A stretch of DNA of 64,000 nucleotides from Octopus vulgaris (Eukaryota): contig OX597827.1 in NCBI GenBank assembly GCA_951406725.2, positions 78,306,001-78,370,000 on the forward strand, written 5' to 3'. The position numbers were made by a program, and so were the translations under genes. Shown here piece by piece: positions 12,181-25,450 of this stretch. The notes beneath the pieces were generated by a model. The model saw nothing but the letters and a program-made list of their open reading frames with translations, was not told where the DNA came from and made no database searches. Every line of letters begins with the position of its first letter. Within the stretch, counting starts at the first letter, position 1.

Positions 12181-13066
12181 TATGTACAACATTGATTTTC
12201 TACAACTTCTAGTTCCAAAGCGTTTCCATATCACTCATTTTTACCAAAGCAGGGGTGGTCATCTCTAAATTTAACAAATATAAATTCAGTTAAATCATTA
12301 AAATAAAATACAGGTACCTGTAAAGATGATACCCCCTGTACATTAAATATCTCAGCTTGCACAAAGCTACACCCACCTTCCAGTTGAGGGGGGTTTTTTG
12401 TCTTGGAAGATACTTGACAACCCTGTCATGTAAACAGCACCAATGCTGGTCCCACATAAGAAGCACTGGTACTGGCACCATATAACAAACACTGGTGCTG
12501 GTGTCCCATAAAGAGCACCCAGTACACTCTGTGGAATGGCTGGCATTAGGAAGGGGCATTCAGCTGTAGAAACCATGCTAAAACAGACAATGGAACCTGG
12601 TGTTGCCCCTGTCAAACTGTCCAATCCATGGAAAAACTGATGCTAAAAGATGATGATGATACAAGTTTTGTAATACTGTACTAGGCATAGTACCAGTAAA
12701 CTAGTCCTGCTTGTAAGTTATTGCAGATTATGAAACGTTCAAACCATCGGTGTCCAGAAAGTCAACCTCTTGTAGTAATTATGTTATTTATTGGATGCTG
12801 TCAATTTTAGACCAATAATTCTAAGCACCAACAAAATGATTTGCCATTCTTCTGTGGTGATGTAAACCAGCCTCAAACTAAAGAAGTTTATCCTTTTAAA
12901 CACTTTCTTTGGTTAGCCATAGTCCTGTTTTCAGAGGATAAAATCTTTTGTTCAAAGAGAGAAAGTGACACCTTTATTTCCCTGTGACAGGTCATTTGAG
13001 ATATTTATAAAGACTATTAGTTTTAACATGGAATGGAACTTTAGGTAAGATAAGAAAGAGAGAGAA

Positions 13067-13470
13067 AGGCAACAAGCTAGCAGAATCATTAGCACACCGG
13101 GCGAAATGCTTAGCGGTATTTCGTCAGCCGTTACATTCTGAGTTCAAATTCCGCCGAGGTCAACTTTGCCTTTCATCCTTTTGGGGTCGATTAAATAAGT
13201 ACCAGTTACGCACTAGGGTCGATATAATCGACTTAATCTGTTTGTCCTCTCTGTGTTTAGCCCCTTGTGAGTAGTAAAGAAATAGGTATTTTCGTCTGCC
13301 GTTACGTTCTGAGTTCAAATTCTGCCAAAGTCGACTTTGCCTTTCATCCTTTCAGGGTCAATAAATTAAGTACCAGTTATGCACTGGGATCTATGTAATC
13401 GACTTAATCCTTTTGTCTATCCTTGTTTGTCCCCTCTATGTTTAGCCCCCTGTGGGCAATAAAGAAATAA
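13067..13470 (+). mobile_element. Tandem pair of Deu/Nin-core SINEs
   Basis: Full copy followed directly by a 5'-truncated second copy. Confidence 0.85.
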
Positions 13471-13893
13471 GAAAGAGAGAGAGAGAGAGATTGGTGTTAA
13501 TTGTTGCAGTTTTAAATAAAGGAATAATATGGAATGCAGTGTTTCGTCACCATTTTCGTCCCTCACTCCACTTGGCATCTTCCAAATAAGGAGGTGGATT
13601 ATTGATGTGTAGGAAACTCTGACTTATCATTTCTGAATGGTTGAATACCCAAGAGGTGTTTATGACATGGGATCGCCAGGGATGGAGTCTTTCTTGATTC
13701 TTTCTTTTAAAAAAACCCATTTCATCAAATGATTAGTTTTTGGGTATAATCTACCTGGGACTATGTTATCAAGGGGTGCAAAAATAGATGAGATGGTCAC
13801 ATTTAGAATGCAGGATGGTTGTGGTGGGAATGCTTTAAAAAAAAGTAATAAATGATTGCAGTTAATTTTTAAAATGAATTGGATTGCTTTTAA

Positions 13894-14112
13894 CCCTTTA
13901 GCATTTAAACCAGCCATATCCGGCCAAAATATTTAATCTGTTTTATGTTCAAACTGACCAGATCCAGGCTCTCACACCTACCCTACAATGTTATTCTACA
14001 TTATGTAATTACACTATCAAGCTCTTGAAGATATGAGATAATGCATGATTAATTCAAATCAATGGGAATCAATAGGCATTATGTTTGATTGAATAATCTG
14101 AACACTAAAGGG
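13894..14112. mobile_element. piggyBac-like MITE
   Basis: TTAA|CCCTTTAG ... CTAAAGGG|TTAA. Relatives at ~2532, ~47335 and ~60456. Confidence 0.85.
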
Positions 14113-15116
14113 TTAAATCAGACAGGATGCTCATGGCTGGAATACTTTCCACAAACCCTTTTTATCTTGTTTATTTCAAGTTTGTGTGGATGGATGGAGT
14201 GAGGAAAGCTTTGGTGGTTAGAGGTGTTGGAGTGAGAGAGGCAAGAGAATTTATAAATGATGGGAAAGCTTGGAGAATGTTTGTGGACGGATGAGTGAAT
14301 TTTGATGTTGCTCAAAGGGGTACAGACCCAACATGATGGGGGGGGGGCAGTATATGCTGTCAGGCCCTGCTACTGATATTGGGGGTAGCGTTCTATGCCT
14401 TGACTCAAGCATAGAATGGGGCTCACTCCTTTGAGCTGGGAAATGAATGGAATGCCTGGTGTGTGTCTTGTTGAGGCTCCCCGCTCCTAAAAAAATGAGG
14501 AAGAGGCCAATGTAATGGTGGTGGTGGTGGTGGTGGTGCTGTATAGGATCATGTGACCAGGGCCAATGAAGAGATGACATTCTATGGTGGGAGCAGGGGG
14601 TTATACTAAAAAAGGATATGGAATATGAAATTGACCCCAATATTTGACTGTTTTTTTATCTTATTGACTTCACCATCATTATCATCACCATTTAATGTCT
14701 GTTTTCCATGCCGGTATGGGTTGGACAATTTGACAGGAGCTGCACCAGGCTCCAATTGTCAATTCTGGCGTGGTCCCTACAGCTGGATGCCCTTCCTAAT
14801 GCCAGCCACTCTACAGAGTGCACTTGGTGCTTTTCATGTGGTCATGTGGTACAGGCATGGTTGCTTTTATGTGACACCATCACAGGCACATTTACGGGGC
14901 ACCGGCATGAGTGTCTTTATATGCTGATGCTAGTGCCATATAAAATATCACAATAAGAAGCACCCAGGACCCTCTGTACGGTGGTTGGCATCAGGAAGGA
15001 CATCCAGCTTTAGAAACTATGCTGAAGTAGACATCGGAGCTAAGTGGGGCTGTGTGGTTCATTGGTTGCTGTGGATCCAGTTGAACCCATGCCACCATGG
15101 AGAATGGCAACCACAA

Positions 15117-15460
15117 AGGAAGGAGGGAGGGAGGGAAAGAAGGGAGGGAAGGAAGGAAGGGGGGGAAGCAGAAAGGAAGGAGAAGGGGGAAAGGAGGGGG
15201 AGGGAAGTAAGGGAGGGAAAGGAGGGAGGAGTGAAGGAAGGAAGGAGAAAGAGGGGAAAGGAAGAAGGAAGGAGGGAGGGAGGGAAGGAAGGAAGGAAGG
15301 AAGGAGAAGGGGGAAAGGAAGAAGGGAGGAGAAAGAGGGGAAAGGAAGAAGGAAGGAGGGAGGGAAAGCAGGAAGGAAGAAGGGAAGGAAGGGAGGGAAA
15401 GGAGGGAGGGAAAGCAGGAAGGGAGAGAAAGGAGGAATGGCGGGAAGGAAGGCAAGCAAG
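15117..15460. repeat. Polypurine (GGAA/GGGA)n low-complexity tract
   Basis: About 340 bp that is almost purely G/A. Confidence 0.95.
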
Positions 15461-15979
15461 AGGCAAAGTCGAACTCCCGTATGTAAAAAGTCCTACCAAA
15501 ATATTCTGCTGCCAATATGTTTTACCTGATGCTCCACCGGTTTTACCGATTCACTACCTTCCAGTCTTGAGTTCAGTCGAAAATATAAAATAAATTGAAA
15601 TGGAAATGAAAGCAAATCTTCTCCAAACCAGCTGCTAAAGTGACAAGATTCTCAAGAGATTTGAACTTGCATCTCCAAGACAGCATCATAACATCTTCCA
15701 TTCTTTGGGGTTTTTTTTTAAATCGGTGAAAAATATTTGAAAGAATAACAACAAAAAAAGCAAAAAAATTTTCTTCCAATTTATCTTGACATTTATTATT
15801 ATTATTATTATCAATATTATCATCATTATTATTATTGGGTTTTTTTTTGTTCTCAAACTTCCATGGACAAACAAAAACACTACAGCACAGTTTTTTATAT
15901 GCATTTTAAAGACTTGGGGGGCGGGGTAGGACTGGGCCAGGAATAATAACTGGGCGGCAGGAAGATTACATACATACAT

Positions 15980-16022
<43 letters not shown>

Positions 16023-16374
16023 GTCCAGACAGGGTGACATGAGCTACAAGTGACACTTTGAATGACCATTTCTCTCAAATCAGGCCAAACATTTTCAAAT
16101 ATAAATTATAACAACAACAACAACAATAGTAATAAAATGTACAGCAGTTGACCAGGGTATGAAAACACACACACACACACGGAGGCAGTACTGCAGCTTG
16201 GCCACATCCACGGTGGCTAAAACTGAAGGACTAAACATCTACAAAGGCCTACTTTTATACATGTATATATAAAACTATACAAACGTACAAATGTATACAA
16301 CCTAATGCACATGTATAAATATACATGCATACACATGATGCATTTAGACTTATGTATAAATAAACACACATTTT

Positions 16375-16472
<98 letters not shown>

Positions 16473-16995
16473 GATGCACACACACACATGTATAATGTAT
16501 GTATATTTTCGAATAAACATACACACTATATATACTTACATGTATATCATTAGATTTATCATTCTACACACATTTGTTCAAACATACATATGCATACATC
16601 TATAGTGTTTGTTATATGCCATTTACATAAGTGTGTGTATATAACCGCTAAAAATGTTTCACCAACTCTGCAAAGAATCACCATCTCTAGCTTTATTAAC
16701 CCTTTTGTTACCATATTTCTGTTGAGATGCTCAGCGTTTCTTTCAGTTTCCATCTACCAAATCAACTCAGGGCTTTGGTCAGCCAAAGGCTGTAGTAGAA
16801 GACACTTGACCAAGGTGCCACGCAATGGAACTGAACCCAGAACCATGTGGATGGGAAGCAAGTTAGTTACCACATAGCCATGCCTGTGCCTTATATATAT
16901 ATATATAACAAGAAAGCACAAAAAAACACAACAATGTGAGGATGTGGAACAAATATAATATTATTGGATGCTCAGGAAAGAAGGAAAGAAGGAGG

Positions 16996-17030
16996 GTTTA
17001 ATGTTTCGAGCGGAGCTCTTCGTCGGAAAC
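16996..17030 (-). ncRNA. Minimal type I hammerhead-like motif in a PLE-like terminus (16907-17110)
   Basis: Minus strand reads GUUU-CCGACGA-A-GAGC-ucc-GCUC-GAAA-CA-UU-AAAC. Stems I and II pair. The element is flanked by TA tracts. Confidence 0.65.
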
Positions 17031-17374
17031 ATAGGAGAAGGAAAGATCCAGAGAAGGGAAGACAGAGGGAAAAAAATCACCAACGGTACACACGAGGTCA
17101 CATTTTGAAAAAATATATATATGTATAAGATGCTTTTTTTACATTTCTGAGACAACGGTTTCAATTCCTAGGCCAGGCGGGGTGTCATGTCTCACATTGT
17201 TCTCTGGTCACCATGAAATACCTGACATGTGACACACCACGCACCTGTACAGGTAATGTCAATTTGTGCAGCACAGAACATTTGATCATTATGGACAAAT
17301 CATGTGTGCAGGTGGTTCAACGAAGAAACTGCAAACCCCTCATCTGTCCCCTACAACAAAAGAGTTCACCATGA

Positions 17375-17421
<47 letters not shown>

Positions 17422-17444
17422 CTATATATATATATATATATTCT

Positions 17445-17815
17445 TTCTTTTATTCTTTTATTTGTTTCATGCATTTGATTGCAGCCATGCTGGAGCACCG
17501 CTTTTAGTTGAACAAATCAACCCTGGGACTTACTCTTTGTAAGCCTAGTACTTATTCTATCGGACTCTTTTACTGAACCGCTAAGTTACGGGGACGTAAA
17601 CACACCAACATCGGTTGTCAAGCGACACACAAATACACTCACATATATATGACGGGGTTTCTTTCAATTTCCATCTACCAAATCCACTCAGAAGGCTTTA
17701 GTCGACCTGAAGCTATAATAGAAGACACTTGCCCAAGGTGCCACGCAGTGGGACTAAAGTCAGAACCATGTGGTTGGTAAGCAAGCTACTTACCATACAG
17801 CTACTCCTTCGCTTA
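17445..17815 (-). mobile_element. tRNA-derived SINE (8805 family)
   Basis: Reverse-complement match to 8805-9212. Confidence 0.85.
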
Positions 17816-17829
17816 CATATATACACACA

Positions 17830-17876
<47 letters not shown>

Positions 17877-18888
17877 TATATATATATATGTATATATATG
17901 TATATATATATACATATATATATATACAATTTAAAAATAAGACAAAATCTTTTTAAAAATTTATCAAGTAGTTAGCGTGAAAAATCTCATAAGAGAAAAG
18001 AACCATAAAGTTTTCTCTTAAAAAATATTTTTTAGAAAATATATCCCTCACATTTCAATACTATGTGTTTATTTATTTTGGTAGTTTTGACTTTAAGAGC
18101 CCCTCCTAGTGTGTGGCATTTATGTATAGTAATGCCCTCTATATAATATATACACAGGCACACATATACACACACATACATATACACATACACATTTGCT
18201 ATCTATATGAATACACTAATAGAGAAATTGTTTTTGTACAGAGACAAATCCACGTGGTCACATTGTTTATCCGGTTTAATGTCACAATGATTAAATGATT
18301 ACGGTGGTGATGATAATGCAAATAATAAATTAGTAACATTAAGGGATCCAATGACCCAGTATGAGTGTGAAGACAGTAGTGTTGGTGGGGGGTCACACAA
18401 CTTTGATTTTCAGGAAGCTTTGGCGGTCACTTGGTTTGTGAAGAGGTCAGTTGGAGAACACTGTGAGACCTCAGCTTATTACACATGCACACACACAGCT
18501 GTACAGTATCAGCCTCTCTACACATACATACATGGCAGTACAGTAGGATATTTTACATATGCACACATACATATTCATATATATATATAAAAAATTATGG
18601 AATTATCCAGTAATTTTTTGCTAGTTTATTTTGTCTCTTTGTCTTCTCTCTTGGTGCTGTATAAACATTTAATGTGGTTTTAGAGTCAAGTTTTGACTGT
18701 TATTTCCAGCGAGGTGGTATCTCTTAGATACCCTAAATTATAATTTTAAATAATTATTACCTTTGAAAAGTTTTTATTCCCATGCAGGCCACCTGATAAG
18801 ATCGGTATTTAAATATTTATCTTATCCTTATCTATATAAATTTACACACCCACACACATATATTTATATGTATATATGTATGTATGTA

Positions 18889-18938
<50 letters not shown>

Positions 18939-18953
18939 AATTCATAAGACAAG

Positions 18954-19179
18954 AAGATGGAATGAACAGGCTGTAATTACAAATCAAAACAATTATTTCT
19001 GTGCAAGGCTAACAGCTGTTTGTTGCTGAGCTTTCCATATCATGCTATTACATAAATACATATGATCCACCAACAGCTCTGTACCAGCACATCATCAGGT
19101 GAGTGGCTTCGTTGGCACTGTTACCAATGCACAGAAACAATTGTTGTGATTAGTGATTAAAGCCTGTTCGTTTCATCTT
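18954..19179. repeat. Fold-back element with hammerhead remnants
   Basis: Diverged ~52-bp inverted arms at 18954-19005 and 19128-19179. GAAACAATTGTT at 19134; minus-strand CTGATGA at 19092-19098. Adjoins (TA)n. Confidence 0.7.
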
Positions 19180-19324
19180 ATTTTACAAATTTTTATATAA
19201 ATTCTACATACACCAACAGAGTTCCACATGCATATCCAATAAAAGGAGTAATCCTGCTGTATGATGGCATATGGTAGCCAATAACTGTATAGGGGCTTTG
19301 ATATGCATGTTATGAGGTGGTTAA

Positions 19325-19688
19325 GCGAAACATCCGATCATGGCCGTTGCTGGCGCCGCCCCGTCTGGCCTCCGTGCCGGTGGCATGTAAAAGCACCATC
19401 CGTTCGTGTCCGCTGCCAGCCTCGCCTGGCCCCCGTGCCGGTGGCACGTAAAAGCACCATCCATTCGTGGCCGTTTGCCAGCTCTGTCTGGCACCTGTGC
19501 GGGTGGCACGTAAAAAGCACCCACTACACTCACGGAGTGGTTGGTGTTAGGAGGGGCATCCAGCCGTAGAAACACTGCCAGATCTGACTGGGCCTGATGC
19601 AGCCTTCCGGCTTCACAGACCCCAGTTGAACCGTCCAACCCATTCTAGCATGGAAAACGGACGCTAAATGATGATGATGATGATGATC
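19325..19688 (+). mobile_element. RTE-type LINE 3' end with VNTR
   Basis: Three VNTR units, terminal block and (GAT)n. A similar copy lies at 20450-20800. Confidence 0.85.
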
Positions 19689-21268
19689 ATACACACACAT
19701 CAGATGAAAGGTGATTGATAAATCCAAATTGGATCCTTAGTCATTATTCCAGCAAATACTGGTTAACAAAGTGTATATCAATAAATGTTAAACCTTAAAT
19801 GAAATTGGTACAAACCAGAATTCCAGTGTTAATGAATTCTTCGCAGAACCTTTATACATTAAGTCCAAGAGCAAAAGTTAAGGCATTGCATTTAGTTTTC
19901 TTTTAGTTATGTGTATGTCAGCACTACATGGTGTCTTTCTCCTTTTACTCATTTCAGTCATTCGACTGTGGCCATGCTGGGGCACTGCCTTATAGCATTT
20001 TTAGTTGAATGAATCGACCTCAGTACTTTTTTTTGTTTTAAAGCTTAGCACTTATTCTATCAGTTTCTTTTTCTCCAAGATGCTAAGTCACAAGGATGGA
20101 AACACACCAACACCACTCAGCACGCAGTGATGGTGGTGGGGCAAACAGACATAAAGACACACACATTCATACAATGGGCTTCTTTCAGTTTCCATCTACC
20201 AAATCCACTCACAAGTCTTTTGTTGACCAAAGGCTATAGCAGAAGACATTTGTCAAAGGTGCTATGTGGTGAGACTGAACCTAGAACCATGCAGTTGGGA
20301 AGCAAGCTTCATATCACACAGCTACATATGATTTGAGGAATAAATGACAAAGCTTCAAAAGTAACATCACATGCAAACCTTTGGGAGAAGAAATGCACAG
20401 GGTCCACATTACGAACTCACTGAAATTCCTATTAATAGTCATCAAATATATGGTCGATGCCACTGCCGCCTGACTGGCCCCCTGTGCCAGTGGCACATAA
20501 AAGGCACCATTCTACCATGGTCATTGCCAGCGCCACATGACTGGCTCCCATGCCGATGGCACGTAAAAAGCACCATTCAAGCGTGGTCGTTGCCACTACC
20601 ACTTGAATGGCCCTCATGCCGGTGGCATGTAAAAAGTATCCACTACACTCTTGGAGTGGTTGGCGTTAGGAAGGGCATCCAGCTGTAGAAACTTTACCAG
20701 ATCAGATTGGAGCCTGGTACAGCCTTCTGGCTTTCCAGTCCTGTTGAACCGTCCAACCCAAACCAGCATGGAAAGCGGATGTTAAACGACAATGATGATT
20801 TATATATATACACACACCATGTAGTATTGGAACATATACAGCTAAAGAATTAAATGTAAAACCATAACTTTCACTCTTGGACTTTATATAATAAAAGAAT
20901 AAATTTTACATTAAATTCATAGTTTGTGCTTAACAGCTGTTTCGTTAAAATAAACATCACTAAATGTATAATTACAGAATTGTTATAATTGTCATAATTT
21001 AAAGTTTGAACCAGATTTGAAATTTATACTTTTCTATCAAATATGTTACTAACAAAGATCTTTTTAGTTAATATACATGCAAGCTGGTTCCACTTAGGTT
21101 TACTACAATGATATACTTATGTTGGAGTTCAATGACTTCTAACAAACTGAGCTTGTAATTACTGTGAATTTATTTTTGATTTTTATACATCAATCCTCTA
21201 TAAAAATACATATATATATACATGTATGCGTGCATACATGTGTGCATATACATATATATATACATACA

Positions 21269-21487
21269 CAGGGTGTCCATAAATTATCTTTACAACTTCC
21301 ACAATTTATTGTATCTATTAGAGATTGTCTAGATGTGTGGTATGCGCAAGCAATGGAGCCTATGTGGAAGTGTTCTGATATTTCTAATAAAACTTTGCTT
21401 GTTTTCCAATACACTCTGTTGAGTTATCCTTATTTTTCATTTTTTGCCAAATTTTTTCAAATTGTAAAGTAAATTTGTGGACACCCT
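21269..21487. mobile_element. Tc1/mariner-like MITE
   Basis: TIRs CAGGGTGTCCATAAATTATCTTTACAA / TTGTAAAGTAAATTTGTGGACACCCT. Confidence 0.75.
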
Positions 21488-21972
21488 TTGTGCGTGTGTA
21501 TGTGAGTATTTTCTGAAATTAATTATCTCTGTAACTTACAGATATTTTAAATTACATTCTTTCAGTAGGGAAGTCGTTAATAAACTGAGAGATGATGGAA
21601 CTCTTTTAAAAAGGGATTCTAATCTTTATTCCGTTTTCAGAAAGGAGACAGATTTAATTAGAAAATATCTTTAATGTGGATGATATTTCTTGTGCCCAGG
21701 GAAACTTGAGAATACATTAATTAAAGTATTGAAGGGTTTAAGTGAGGGATACACATACATATATGTGCATATGTGTGTTTGCGTGCATCTATACTTGTAT
21801 GTGTGTTTGCTTTTATGTATATATATATATATGTATGTGTGTGTGTGAGCGCATGTATTTGCTTAGATCTGTATGTGTGTGTGTGTGTTTGCTTGTATAT
21901 GTGTGTGCCAGGTTTATAAAAATGTGCGTATGTGTGAGTGTTACTGCATAAGTTCACTTGCACATGCATATG

Positions 21973-22015
<43 letters not shown>

Positions 22016-22647
22016 CATATCGCAGGGTGGGGTTGGAGAGGGGCTAGGGTGGGGGTGGGGTGGGGATGGGGGTTAAACCAGAATACAAACATTCATACAA
22101 TAAATAGAACATTTTCTACCTGATGGATCTGTTGAAATGATGAAAACACAACTAAATTACAAACATACAATGGCCACACAAAGTCAAGACAATAGATTTT
22201 GCACAGACAATTCTTTAGTTATTTTTTTTCTTTCGTTTTCTTTCTTTACTTTTTTTCAAAGCCTCTTTTTTTTTTTCCATTCTTTTTTTTTCTTCCTTTC
22301 CATTTTTGGCATTCTTTTATCATTGCCAAACGACTTTCAAGAGTTTGGTCTTGTTTTCCACGTGAGAAGAGAAAGAAGACATCATTAAGTACAACCAATC
22401 TTTCATACAAAGACCACGAGGCTCCATAAACAGACCCCTTAACCCCCTCCACTCCCGTCACTACATCTAATTGTTTCCTTTCTAGTTTAATATTCATCTG
22501 GGGGTTTTGAATTTTTTGTCTGTTGGGAGGGGGGGAGTTGTTAAATAGTTTTGAAGAATTTTCAAAATAAATTAATGTTTATCGTAAAACATCAAGGATC
22601 TGTCGGCCCCGTTTCGTGCCTTCATTTATTGGTTCTCCCCCGTATTT

Positions 22648-24699
22648 TTATTTCGTGTTCAACATATAATCGTTACTAGGCTTCATTGGGCCATGTATAC
22701 TCTGGAAATTCGTTCCCCCTATGTTCTGTTTGCTATTGTGATGCTTCAGGCTGCTAGAGAATGCACTGGGCATATTGTTCCAGCCGGGGTTGAGCATGTG
22801 AGGCATGGCAAACCCGCGGGACCAGAGGTAGTTGTTCTCCCAGGTCTGTGGCATCTCCTCCAAGTAGAACGAGTTTATCCGAGAGGAAGCGGAAGGTGCG
22901 GTTAAGTTTGGAATCTGTAGTCTGGTGAGGGAGTTGGCTGCAGTCTGATGGAGTGGAGACTCTGAAGGATGGTGTTGTGGATGGCTTTGTTGATGAGGGT
23001 TACTGCTCGGATGGCTGATGCCCGATGTTGGGGTGCTGCTGTTGCTGTGTGCGTGATGCGGGTGATGGCTGTTATAATCTATGGGATTGTCATTGCTGTG
23101 GTGCTCGCCACTGTTGTGACTGTTCATGCCAGTCTTTAAGCCGGACTTAACGAGGCCAGATCCTTGCGGCAAGTGCTGCTGCTGCTGCTGTTGCTGATGG
23201 TGATGGTGATGGTTTTTGTTATGTGTGCTGCTGTTGAAAGCTGACGAAGAGGATGATAATGGTAAAGATGGCACGGGTGATTTCAGTGAATTCATTTTAG
23301 CAGTGACCGAGGGGGACGACATGGGAGACATTGAAGGGGACACAATAGGGGAGACAGAGGTGGAAGAAGGTGCAGACGCCTGATGTGAGCCAGCAGCAGA
23401 GGACGAATTAGAAGGATTTTTGATAAAGAGCTCACAGCCGGTTCTGGTTCGCTTGTGGTTATTTAAGTTCGCCTTCTGTGAGAAACATTTCCCACACCTG
23501 TCGCACGAGAATGGTTTCTCACCTGTGTGTGTTCGCAGATGTGTTCGCAGGTTACATTGCTGGCTGAACACCTTTGAACATATTGTACAATAGAAAGGTT
23601 TCTCTCCTGTGTGAACACGTTCATGGTTACGTAGGTTTATCTGTTGGCTGAACGCCTTTGGGCACATTGAACACTTGTACATCTCCCCCGTGTGGATACG
23701 TTCATGGATTTTAAGAAAGAAAGCATTACAAAAAGCTTTCTTGCAGTACTGGCAGTAGAACATGTCGCCTGTGTGTATACGCTTATGGTCGATGAGGTTG
23801 ACTCTTTGGCTGAAAGCTTTGCCACACACATCGCATACAAACGGCTTCTCTCCCGTATGTGTCCTCAGGTGAAGTTTTAGGTTTCCTTTCTGACTAAAGG
23901 CTTTGCCACATGTTGTACAAGCAAAGGGTTTCTCCCCAGTGTGGGTTCGCTCATGGTTGCGAAGGTTGATCTGCTGGCTGAATGCTTTTGGGCAAAAGGC
24001 ACACTGAAATGGCTTCTCTCCAGTATGTACACGCTCGTGAATTTTTAGGAAAAATGCATTTGTGAAGGGTTTTTTACAGAAGCTGCAGTAAAACATATCT
24101 CCTGTGTGAATACGACGATGGTCGTCAAGGTTGACTTTCTGGTAGAACGCTTTGCCGCAAATCTCACAGGCGTACGGCCGGTCTCCAGTGTGTGTTCTTA
24201 GATGCAATTTTAGGTTACCTTTCTGGCTAAATGCTTTGCCACAGACTGAACAACTGAATGGTTTCTCTCCCGAATGAACGCGTTCGTGGTTGCGGAGGTT
24301 GACTTGCTGGCTAAACGCTTTCGGACAACTCGAACACCTAAAAGGCTTCTCTCCTGTGTGAACACGTTCGTGGATCTTCAGAAAGAAGGAATTGGAGAAT
24401 CCTTTTTTGCAAACAGAACACTGGACATCTTTTGGGGCTGGGATCCGCTCATGGCCAACATTGCCATTACTTTCAATGTTGCTGTTGTTGGTGTTGCTGG
24501 TATTGTTGTTGTTGTTGTTGTTACTGTTTAAACCTGGAACAAAACCCTTTGTATCACAACACAGTTCGTTTTTATAGCTTTTTTCATCAAGAAAGCCTAG
24601 CTTCTCCGGACACTTGAGGTGGTCAGTTTGATAGAACGGCTGACCGTAGAGATTTGGCTGGGTCCCTATTGGTGGGAAAATTGGTTGCATGGAATACAT
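22648..24699 (-). CDS. C2H2 zinc-finger protein, 683 aa, 12 fingers, single coding exon
   Basis: Uninterrupted ORF with an Asn-rich N-terminus, 11 canonical fingers plus one lacking the last His, and a Ser/His/Gln/Pro-rich C-terminal region. Confidence 0.96.
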   Translation of the reverse strand: MYSMQPIFPPIGTQPNLYGQPFYQTDHLKCPEKLGFLDEKSYKNELCCDTKGFVPGLNSNNNNNNNTSNTNNSNIESNGNVGHERIPAPKDVQCSVCKKGFSNSFFLKIHERVHTGEKPFRCSSCPKAFSQQVNLRNHERVHSGEKPFSCSVCGKAFSQKGNLKLHLRTHTGDRPYACEICGKAFYQKVNLDDHRRIHTGDMFYCSFCKKPFTNAFFLKIHERVHTGEKPFQCAFCPKAFSQQINLRNHERTHTGEKPFACTTCGKAFSQKGNLKLHLRTHTGEKPFVCDVCGKAFSQRVNLIDHKRIHTGDMFYCQYCKKAFCNAFFLKIHERIHTGEMYKCSMCPKAFSQQINLRNHERVHTGEKPFYCTICSKVFSQQCNLRTHLRTHTGEKPFSCDRCGKCFSQKANLNNHKRTRTGCELFIKNPSNSSSAAGSHQASAPSSTSVSPIVSPSMSPMSSPSVTAKMNSLKSPVPSLPLSSSSSAFNSSTHNKNHHHHHQQQQQQQHLPQGSGLVKSGLKTGMNSHNSGEHHSNDNPIDYNSHHPHHAHSNSSTPTSGISHPSSNPHQQSHPQHHPSESPLHQTAANSLTRLQIPNLTAPSASSRINSFYLEEMPQTWENNYLWSRGFAMPHMLNPGWNNMPSAFSSSLKHHNSKQNIGGTNFQSIHGPMKPSNDYMLNTK

Positions 24700-24939
24700 T
24701 TTGTTCTTTAGCTTGGTTTATTCCAAAAACTGTATCTTTACCATCATGTTTGAAAGATATATATATATATATATATATATAAATATGTCTGTTTATTATA
24801 TTTTGACACCGGGTGAAACAGCTCCGTAGGGGTGATGGGGGACGCAGGGAAAGAGCTTTTAGTTTCAAATAATTAAGTCTATATTTTAAATCACAGAATC
24901 TTCCAGACCATTGATACACTAGAAGTAGGAGCAGTATGT

Positions 24940-25450
24940 ATGTTAACTGCAGTGTTATGAGGCCTTAACCACTGCAGTGGTATGAAGAGGTAATTGCAGT
25001 GGTGTGTAAACAGCAATGGTATGATGGTATAATGGTTCAGCTGCAGTGATGCAAAGTGCTATTGCAATGATGTGAAATATTAACTGCAGTGGTATGATGG
25101 TTTAACAGCAGTGTCACAGCTGTGTTAAATGCACTGGTCAGATGTATTACATGCAACAGTAAAGGGCTGTCAGCTGCAGTGGTGTAGAGTGGTTAGCTGC
25201 ACTCACCACAACAGTGTTGATGCACATGAAATAATTACAATGGTGTTGTTGTGATGGGATCATCTAAAGTAAGCATATGGTATCACAGGGGGTAGTCCTG
25301 ATGGTATCATATAGAAAAATATCCAAGTGGTATTGTGTAGAAATATCCTGATGTTCTCACATGGGATATGCTGGTGGTATCACAAGGGTATACAGTATAA
25401 ATTTGTGGTATTATTACATGGAATATCTCAATGATTCTACACAAATAGGA
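24940..25450. repeat. Degenerate ~21-22-bp minisatellites
   Basis: Recurring TTAACTGCAGTGGTATGATGG-like unit, then a TGGTATCACATGG-like unit. Confidence 0.65.

Noticed and set aside
11400-14640. Possible highly decayed RT fragments between repeats (e.g. AGPDSI, FVESL)
   Set aside because: Isolated short motifs only; not enough to assign an element by eye.
14985-15593. Several 139-202-aa ORFs
   Set aside because: Translations of a stop-free GGAA tract.
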